Of a stretch of DNA of 64,000 nt, positions 54,250-64,000 are shown one piece after another. The stretch lies in the NCBI RefSeq assembly GCF_009914755.1, contig NC_060928.1, one strand, 5' to 3'. Each line of letters begins with the position of its first letter. The stretch's first letter is position 1. Position numbers and translations under genes: made by a program. The stretch is from the human T2T-CHM13v2.0 reference genome, Homo sapiens. Under the pieces are notes generated by a model that saw only the letters and a list, made by a program, of their open reading frames with translations, was not told the DNA's origin and made no database searches.

Positions 54250-55280
54250 AGTGAGGTAGTGGGAGCATTTCTCCACAGTGTAGGCAATCAGGGTATACAT
54301 TTTCTGCAGAGAATTTATAAACAATAAGAAATTTACTAAAATGTGGTCATCTTTTATTATCACCATATCATGGCAGTTCTAAAGATTGACAATGATGAAA
54401 TACTTCTCCATGGAAAAGTTTTTGTTCTATTAAGTTTTACAGATTTGCTAATATGATAATTGAGTTTTCGTTATACACAAACACACACACATTTAATTAC
54501 ATGTATGTAAGCTTCAAATCAGCACTTTTCAAAAACTTTTCTTTTAATAAATGGTATATTTTATGCAGAGGTTAATTCAAAGAACTACCTGTTACACTGT
54601 GAACAATGATACATATGGATTCAGCTGCTATATTCATTTTGAGACTATGTCTGAATTTTTCAATCTAGAGATTTCTCTTCAAACCCTATTAACACATACA
54701 GTTCTATGTGAAAGATTTGGAAAAAAAGAACACTGTAAAGGGGAGGAGGAGATTTAATTTCCTTCAGTTCTATCATTCTTTTTATCCACTTGGTGATTTT
54801 CCTTTTAATATTTAAAACAGTGAAATAAGGCGAAGTGTAATGGCTCATGCCTGTAATTCAAATGCTTTGGGAGGCCAATATGGGAGCATTCCCTGAGGTC
54901 AGGAGTTTGAGAACAACCTGGCAACATAATGAGACCCCCATCTTTGCAAAAACAAACAAACAAACAAGCCTGGCATGGTGGTGTTTCCCTGTAGTACTAG
55001 CTACTTGGGAGGCTGGGGACCTGGGTAGTGGAGCCAGCTCCTATCTCTAAAAAAACAGTGAAATAGAGTATAAACAACAAAATGTGATACTTATTTGTTA
55101 AGTGAAAATCTTTGTTTATACCTAAAATATTTCATTGGAATTGAATAATATTTGAAAGCTAAATTTTATTATTTAAAAATTGTTCATAGTGAAACTAATA
55201 AATCAAGAAAATACAATTATTAACTATTTGACACAATTACTACTGAAAATAATTTTGCTATATAGAAGCATGAAGTGTTA
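54250..55280 (+). mobile_element. MER97-like hAT-Tip100 fossil, interrupted by AluJ
   Basis: TGTAGGCAATCAGGG..CTGCAGAGAATTTATAAACAATAA..TTTTATTATCACCAT..GCAGTTCTAAA..TGTAAGCTTCAAAT match recalled MER97. The 3' boundary is uncertain. Confidence 0.6.
54829..55051 (+). mobile_element. Old AluJ with deletion in the right arm
   Basis: Diverged dimer; perfect TSD AAAACAGTGAAATA (54814-54827 and 55052-55065). Confidence 0.88.
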
Positions 55281-55706
55281 AAAAATGGTCTACTCTTGGA
55301 ATCAGATATGCTAGAATGCTACTAATTGAGGGCAAAGAGAAGACATGGATAAAAACAGTGCCCCCCAAAAAGTACTTATGACATGGGGAAGAATCATCAG
55401 ATCATGTATTGCACAAAAGAAAACAAAAACAAGAAAACCATACAAGTAGGCACACAATGTGATTACTCATATTAATTACTCACACTGGTTACTGTGATCT
55501 TTACAACTTAGTTCATTTATTTTAGAGTCAAATCTTCTAGGACGTATTCAGACAGCTAGTCATTTCTAATTTTTTAAGTGAGATGATTTTTAAAAAGTAT
55601 TAGGTGCCTTAGAAATATTTATTTCAAATTTTAAATATCTTGCTTTTTTTTTCGTTGAATGTATTCTCAAAGCAAAACCCACAAAAATGAAGATATTAAA
55701 TGATCT

Positions 55707-56024
<318 letters not shown>

Positions 56025-56599
56025 TTAATTTGTTTGGCGAGTGAAGGTAGGGAAGGAAATACACTTGTGTTTTCTGTCTGTATTCTCTAAAGTCTGTTAG
56101 ATCACAACAATTTCTTGATGAGTAGAGTTCAGTAGTCATTAAGAAATTTGTGTTAAATAAAATAGCTACTGATAAAACCACAAGAAAAATTAATTTTATA
56201 TTATATATTTCTCTAATTTGGACTGTTAAAATGATGTGAAAACGCCTGCATGGACAAAGATCAAATTTTATTAATCATCCTTGTTTTAAATTTTTATCAA
56301 AATCCTTGGAATGTACTTAGGGCATTTGCTAGGTTGAATTCAGACTGAGTCACAACCAAAATTTGTTTTAATTTCAAGTAAACTTGAAAAATAACACTTG
56401 TTTGAAAAAAAAAAGCAAGGTGATTTATGAACAGAATTGATATTAACCCATTGGTATGAGTGACCTATTTTTTAAAAATTATGAAAATGAAGTTCATATG
56501 AATGACAATGTTAATATTAAGTTATTGACTTTCAGACTGTGAAACTCATAAGTTAGTTCTTAAAGATGACTTTGAATATGACATTTTATACAGTGTTTA

Positions 56600-56740
56600 T
56601 AACATCCTGCGAGGTTCATAAAACCCATATTATATTCACATTTGCTACTAGGGAAACACAGGATACCTGGCAAGCCCTGAGCAGTCATATACTAATACAG
56701 TGGAGCCAAGGCTAGGATCCTATTATTCTGACTTCTAGGA
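56600..56740 (-). mobile_element. MIR fragment
   Basis: CCTGCGAGGT..TATTATATTCACATTT..GGGAAACA..GTCATATACTA..AGTGGAGCCAAG..TCTGACTTC. Confidence 0.55.
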
Positions 56741-58916
56741 ATGAAGAATTTGCACGTTTAAGAAGCATACACCTAGGAGAATGAAGTATTTTCTGGACTC
56801 CGTCAATAAAAAGATCAAATAGTAAAAGGAGGAAAAAAGTAACAGCCTTTACAAAATGATTGAAACATTGGAAATTCATATCAACATGAAAGTATTAAAG
56901 AATTATATTGTGGAGAAAAAATATATGGAGCAATTTATTATTCACATTAGTGCATGTATATTATTCAAAACTGATAGGAAAAATACATATTTAATAATAT
57001 ACTAAATTAACTTTTGCCTGTTCTTATTCCAGAAAAATAGTAATGCTTAATTTTTCTCTTTATTTACACTCTACAAATAACATATTTAAGAAACGAAGCT
57101 GCATTCTAGGAATTCAACTTAGCAGCGAAACTAAAATAAAAACTCATGGTTATACTTTATAAAAACTAAACATAAAATTGGCAAGTAGCCTACTTTACCT
57201 AGGAATGAAACTCAGAGCTGAGATGTAGAGCTGAGTCAAAAACTTTGGATGTTGCTACTAATGTATTTATTCAAATAAATTCATATTTAACCTTTACAGT
57301 CTACAAGACAGATCCCAAACAAAGGCAGGTTTTTTGTGAGGGCGAGGATTCCTTCCCTGATTAAATCAACCTAGTACTGGATTGCTTCCTTTCTAAACCA
57401 TTCATAATATCTTTGATTCTGTCGCAGTGTCTTGTAAGGAAGAGCTATAAACTTTTCTCACCAAATTGAGAATAAATTCTTCTAACTATCAGACTTAGAG
57501 CACAGAAAAGAGATCATCAGATGTTTGATTCTTCCTGAGCCAGCACAACTAAGTGAGTAAAAGTAACCAGTGACGAATTTCATGGTACCTTATAGAATGC
57601 CAATATAGTTTTGATACTGGAACCTTTAGCTGAGTGGAAAACAAGATTGATTCACAGCTCTAAGTGGTTGTCCAATTGGTCTGAAAGATTGAGCCTGGCT
57701 TCAAAACTAAGGAACAGCTTTCCGAGTGGATTAATCTAGCTTAAAAGATTTGAAGCAAAGTATGACCTCAAATGGCAAGACTACAGAGTTTAAGTGAAAG
57801 ATGAGACTTCGTTTGAGACGCTTTTTTTCCCCCGAGTCAGGGCATATATAAATTTTGTGATTCAGGATTATAATTTGAGTATAATGTATATTTTCTATTC
57901 TTTCTTGTGATAGAATGTGTTGAAAACTTGCTCTAAAATTTGTTATAATTTTATTTTTATATGACAAAAATTCTTTGATTGCTTTGTATAATACACAAAT
58001 ATTGTTAAGAAAATGATGTAGCTTATTCTCTTTTGCCTAATATTGTCAAAAATACAGAATATTGTCAAAGAAAAAAATTGAAACTGAATCATCATTACAA
58101 TTATTCCTTGATGCATTATTTTACGTTTGAAAATCTGGTGAGTGTTATATTTAATTATTTGTGACTATATTAAAATTTGCCTTATTTCAAACATCAGTGC
58201 TAATATTTAGCATTTTGTGTGAGATGTAAATATTCCCAGAACCTCTAATTCTAAATGAAATGATAAATGAAACTGAAAACACAATGTATCCCAAAATCTG
58301 CCCTGCTAAAGAAAAAAAAAACCATAAAATGTATATAAATTTTCTTAAACTGTCATTAAAATGTCCAATAAATTATTTTAAATAATACTACAAACTACAG
58401 TATTGCTTTGGCTATCAACTAAAAACTGTTATGGGTGAGTTATATACATGTTTTTCATTTTTAAGACGAGAAGTTTTTGATCATTATTTTTACTATGGAG
58501 GATAAGGTGAGGTAAGATTTAAAATAAAACACCACCTTTTCAGCAGAATATGTTGAATCAATAAAATAAATGGTAACAATTAATAGAAAAGAAAAAAGGC
58601 AATTTTACATTGCCTGTTATAAATATTCCTTGTTGATTACAGATTTACCTCAAAATAAGATTTAGGAAACTCTATTGCTGCTGTTCTGTTCATTTTCTCT
58701 CTAATTGCTGAATATACTTCTTTGAGCTGAATGGCAAAAGTGAGCAATTTGAAGGTTATAGAAACAAGAATGTTGGAAAATCAGATCAAACTCCTGAAAC
58801 TACATATGAGGAAATTAAATTCACGACAGTACAAGAGACATTAATAAAGTCACTGATACAGTTAGGAGCAGAGTCAGGGCTAGTGATTTTCTGACATGTG
58901 CTAGATAAATACAGGT

Positions 58917-59031
58917 TTATATTCATTGGCAAGAGCTCTAATTCGTTTGTTCTAAACCATTTTAGTGGTGCAATGTTCTGAAAATAACCTAAATTGAGCA
59001 CAATCATACTGAATTACCTAATTAGAAAATT
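58917..59031 (+). repeat. Local direct repeat, copy 1 of 2
   Basis: Aligns end to end with 60150-60261. Confidence 0.9.
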
Positions 59032-60149
59032 GATAATTATATATGCTTAAACTTTTTGTTCTGGGAATGGACTATTTAACAGCCCTTTTGAAGTTCATTT
59101 AATACTGCTAGAAATACCTTTTTATTAGGTAGTATAGGTTTACACGCAATCAGATGTTTGTTGATTTCTCTTAGTCTATCACTGTGAAAGGTACACTGGA
59201 GGATAAAAAAATTCATAAGCAATGGATGCTGCCATTACATAATAGTCAATTATAAATGAGACAAAAAAAATGTATATAGAGCTACACTATAAACACCGTA
59301 AAATGTTAGAGTATGTAATCTACAAGTGAAAATAATTTGTGCAACCTCTGATTATGTATTATTGTATTGATCCCTTTTAGAATAGTTTGAGCTTAGTTTA
59401 TGAGGTTGTGTCTCCCGAATTCTATATAACCTGGGCTAAGAAGCTCTGTAATCTGCTATAAAGTGAGAAGTAAGATAGGTTAATTGTTTTGCAACTTCAT
59501 TTGCAGAGCACAATGAATGTTGTTGTTTAAACATTAAAATAATTGAAGTTTCTAAATATGCTTTCTATGTGATTAAGAAAATTTAAATTTCAAAATCATT
59601 ATTACTAATATGAAAAGTACAACTCATTATTAAAATGATTTGGTAAGCTAATGGTGGTCACAGGAGGCAAAGCACTCAAACAACAAAAACTATGCCTTCA
59701 CACTGCCACTATTCTTGCGATGTCTTTTTGTTGTTTAAAAACAGTAAGCATGTGTAGATCCATATATGCATAAATAGAGAGATAAAAGTTATCGTGTGTT
59801 GGCAGTGGAGTGAGTGTTACTGTCATGCAGGGATATGCCTAAGGAACATGTATCCTTTTTGGATCATATCTTCAGCAGGTCCTGAGAAGTGGGTTTTCCT
59901 GAATTAGAGGACTTCTAATGCTATTGGAGTAATGCTCATTCATAACTTCAGCAACTACTATTGAAAACAGCTATGTTTAAAGTTTTACAGTGCACTTAAA
60001 ATCAGACACAAAATATTTACGTACAGTTACTCATCTGTAGGATATCATTTTGCTGGGCTCCCCTTAGTTATGTCCTATTAAAACTCACATGTTGTTCTAA
60101 GGATTGAGATTGGGTCTTATGTATTCCTCAAATTCATGGCTTGGGGAGC

Positions 60150-60261
60150 TTATATTCAATGACAAGAATTCTAATTTGTTCTAAACTATCTTAGTGATGT
60201 AATATTCTGAAAATAATCTAAATTGAGCATAATCATACTGGTTTACCTAATTAGGAAACTT
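60150..60261 (+). repeat. Local direct repeat, copy 2 of 2
   Basis: Aligns end to end with 58917-59031. Confidence 0.9.
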
Positions 60262-60789
60262 AAACCCACCCCTTAAAAATCTTATTAAAATAAGCTCTAT
60301 AGAATATTTTAAAATATTATAAACGACACAGGTCAGTGCACTTCAGAGCTCAGTTTCATGGCCATTCTCTAAGATGCCATGCCAGATCAGAATTTCCTTT
60401 CCAAATTCTCTGACATTTCAAATGTCCAGTAAAAGATCAGTATACAACTGAGTGTCACTTTATTGGCAAATATTGATTCAAATATAACAAAGAAGACAAC
60501 CATATGCTTAGATGGGTGAATTTCTTAAATTAATTAGAAAATTACGTATCCGATTGTCACATAATATACTAAAATTTTAAAGAATTTACAACTTATCTAC
60601 TGCTTCTGATTAAAATATCCAGATCCTGAATTTTTTGGGGTAACTGGGGGTAACTAGGAACCTGGATATTTTATTTTGCTAACAAAGTCTCTGTGTATAC
60701 TTTTCTTTTTTAAACAATATAAATTGTGTATTCCAGCTATAATCTTATTATTGGTTTATACATGACCTTAGCAGGCAACTTTTTCAAGT

Positions 60790-61101
60790 CATATATATAT
60801 ATGGCTATATATATATGGCTATATATATATGGCTATATATATATGGCTATATATATATGGCTATATATATATGGCTATATATATATGGCTATATATATAT
60901 GGCTATATATATATACACACACACACGGCTATATATATATATACACATATGGCTATATATATGGCTATATATATGGCTATATATATATGGCTATATATAT
61001 ATGGCTATATATATGGCTATATATACATATGGCCATATATATATATATAACCTTTGCACCGCCTATATATATATATATATTTGCAATTACCTTTGCACCG
61101 C

Positions 61102-61144
<43 letters not shown>

Positions 61145-61166
61145 CATATATATATATATATATATA
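60790..61166. repeat. VNTR of (AT)nATGGCT units grading into (TA)n with inverted MADE1-end copies
   Basis: Repeated ATATATATGGCT units of 12-16 bp; directly visible. Confidence 0.95.
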
Positions 61167-61241
61167 TAGGCGGTGCAAAGGTAATTGCAGTTTTGGCAAA
61201 TGGTAACAGCAAAAACTTCAATTACTTTTGCACCAATCTAA
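61167..61241. mobile_element. MADE1 (Hsmar1-derived mariner MITE)
   Basis: TAGGCGGTGCAAAGGTAATTGCAGTTTTGGC...GCAAAAACTTCAATTACTTTTGCACCAATCTAA, the palindromic paired-TIR structure of MADE1. Confidence 0.92.
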
Positions 61242-63329
61242 CAGTTTTTACAGGGATCTCTGTAGTATAAAGGGGCTATCTTAAAACTATTATCCGGGGT
61301 CAATTTAATTTAGAAATTCCTACTATGAAATGTTAGTTATTTAATATGTGCTTTTATATTTGTTAATGCAATGGACTGACTTAAGGAAGGAACTTTTTAA
61401 TGATGCAAGTATATTAGTGCAAATATTTATGTCATCTATTTAGATAGTTTCTTCATGTGTTCGTATAATTGCCTATCTCCCTATTCCTATCTGCTAATTT
61501 ATGTTTTTATATTTCTACTCATCCCCCCATTAACCGTAAGTCACCATATACTTCCTATATAATAAGTATTGCAGTAGTTACAAAAGATACAAAACATATA
61601 AGATACATCTCTGCCCTAAGGGACCCCACAGTTATGTGAAAGACACAAACGTAGATAAGACAACTGAATATCTAATTTTAAAATACAATATTAAGACTTA
61701 AGGTTATTTTTGGAAAGTTTCCTTTGAGCGTATAGCCATTGAATGTGTTAATAAAATTAAGCATTAAAATATTTTCTGAAATTTTAAATATCATTTTAAC
61801 TTTCCCAACTTTATACAGTTCTATTCAATAGGCTATAGTAAATTTAATTAACTTATAGTTTAATTTGAATGAAATATATACTACCAAAATAGAAGCTTCT
61901 AATAGTTACTCTATAAAATATATTGTTTGTTTCAAAATGATTTAAAAACACAAAACAGTAATCTATTGCAAACATAGTGGCCATAGTTAATGATAATTTA
62001 TATTTTTAACAACCCAAATTATTAATCTTCCTATTTTTCAAAAAAATGCTAATTTTAAATAAGAAACAGTTTTCCAGTGATGTCAAATCAGCCTCCTTTC
62101 CTAGTATGAGCAAGAAATCGCTGATATAGAATGATTGTATATTATGAAATATATACTAGTATAATTGCTTGACATTTTCTAAACTAATAAATGATAAACT
62201 TTTTTTCTGTAAAATTGGCTTTACTGACTTCAGTCTTAATTCCAACATAAAAAAAAATCTGTCTTCAGTTGGATGATCCAAAGTTATGTTTCAGCTTCAG
62301 GTTGATTCAATGTGTGATATGTGAAAATTTGTTCATACTCCATGGTTGGGAAAAAAACTTCTAACTTATTTGCTATACATTAACCTATAGTTTTGGTGAA
62401 CCATTTCTACTTTCAAGAACAACTAATGGCAGTTTTAATTAAATTCTTAAATTCCAGTGTATGAAAATCTGTGCAAAGAAAAAAATTAAATTTTTATCTC
62501 AATACAGTATAGCTTAGTAATGTTCTATTTACATTGGATTATGTCATAAAATAGCTACTTTAATGAATAAAAATATAAAGATAATCTAATATTTCTCAGT
62601 AATTTATTACAGTAAAAGTGCATTCTACCATTTTATAAGACCTAATAGTGCAATTATTTAGAAATAATGATAAATTACATAGCTCATTACTGAGCTGCTA
62701 AAAGTGAGATCTTAGAAAATACTCAGAATTATTAGATTAATTCTAATAACTTGACTTTGAAAACTTTCATAAATAAGTCAATATTGATTTTGTGGTCAGC
62801 TTTAAAATGACTTTCCTACATCTGATCCATTGGGTCATTACAAGAAAAAATTGTTAACCACATGATCATGCAGTTTGTATTCTGTAAGTTGGCTGCCTCA
62901 AATTTCTTTGCTCTTTTCATTTTCACATGGGACCCCAGCCAGAAATGACAGCCAGAGGACACTCGTCCATTGGTTTTCCAACATCACAAGTCATGTCAAA
63001 AAACCTGCCTACAGATTATGCTCTTTCTATTCCTATCCCCATCAAAAAAGAAAGATATATTGGCCATGCAATTTCATTCACTTTTAAAGGTGTGTTTGCT
63101 CTCAACATAACTATTAGTAGTCATAGAAAAAGTTTAATGTAGTTATGGATAATAAATATTATCATAACATTACATTGTAGGTGTTTAAATTTATTGGTTA
63201 CATTTTTCTCAGGTAAATAGCAGGGGCATTCTGAATAAGTAAACTCAGAAATGGAAAAGAGGTGATTTCAGGCGGATTGGCCTAAAGAAATTAGAAGGAT
63301 ATATAAAATTAACTTTGTGACTTTTTTTT

Positions 63330-63450
63330 GCTTTATTTTCTCCATTAACCTCAAAATTGTCCTATGAGAAACAGCATTTCTTCAGTTTTTAAAAGGAAAT
63401 TGAGGCTTAGAGATACTAAATGATTTACCCAATGTTACCCACCTTAAATG
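63330..63450 (-). mobile_element. MIR fragment
   Basis: TTAACCTCA..CCTATGAG..AAGGAAATTGAGGCTTAGAGA..TAAATGATTTACCCAATGTTAC. Confidence 0.7.
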
Positions 63451-64000
63451 CTAGCTTCTAAAATGGAAGTTTCCTTGTGCTAAGTAAACCACCTGGCTAA
63501 AAGTAGATAAGAGACATTAATTTTTATGGTTTCAAAGGAAAACAAATGTACATAATTACACTCAAACAAACACATTCTTTCCCAAAATAAGATTATCTAA
63601 ATATCATAATGAAAACTAGTAGTTTGACCATGAACTCTGAATTTTTTATCTTCTAAGTCTGTTAAACTAATGCAAACCTCAAATTCTAAAATGCAAAAAA
63701 CTTTTCAAATTGAAAACTTTTTGTTTTGCTTTCTAAATATATGAGCAATATATAGCAAGTGTACTTATTACTCCTACTTTATTCTGATGGTTGCTATTAA
63801 TGTATTTTTCCAATTATAGTTCTTTTTTTGTTAATTGAAAAATCTAGCATTTAAATCCAAGGTTGCTAAGTGATAAGCTGAGTGAAAACTGAGACACAAA
63901 CCATAGGTTAACAAGAATTTCTCTTCAGAGAAAACACTATCTACTTACAGTGTATGCAATTGATTGATATATAGAAATTTGCTGTATTCAGCATAGGTTA

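Noticed and set aside
60790-61048. CRISPR-like repeat/spacer appearance
   Set aside because: Units are short, directly tandem and have no unique spacers; the context is primate DNA with no cas genes.
60726-61270. ORFs of 147 and 151 aa with repeating [14 protein letters not shown]
   Set aside because: Translation of the (AT)nGGCT VNTR.

Overview
AT-rich, CpG-depleted primate (human-like) non-coding DNA, probably intergenic or deep intronic. I find no credible protein-coding gene, RNA gene, CpG island or CRISPR array. The supplied ORFs that show any recognisable signal are Alu/L1/Tigger/ERV remnants or microsatellite read-through, and the rest are short and unrecognisable. The window is a layered transposon record: a solo PABL LTR, L1MA and L1PA pieces, a near full-length Tigger1, hAT fossils, a MER11 LTR nested in an L1PA, a complete two-LTR LTR8/MER4-group ERV1 provirus (34387-43586, tRNA-Pro PBS, PPT), and a decayed ERVL with RT, integrase and dUTPase relics. 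The most unusual observations are: (1) the same old Alu monomer at the same site in both LTRs of the provirus, suggesting a SINE that travelled inside a retroviral LTR; (2) an Alu whose left arm is inverted relative to its right arm inside one target-site duplication; (3) a 5'-inverted old L1; (4) a MADE1 end copied twice in inverted orientation into a TA/VNTR tract, forming a cruciform-prone palindrome; (5) an unexplained ~115 bp local duplication. Repeat family names come from recalled consensus sequences, not a database search, so subfamily labels and some boundaries are approximate. I see no convincing novel functional system.
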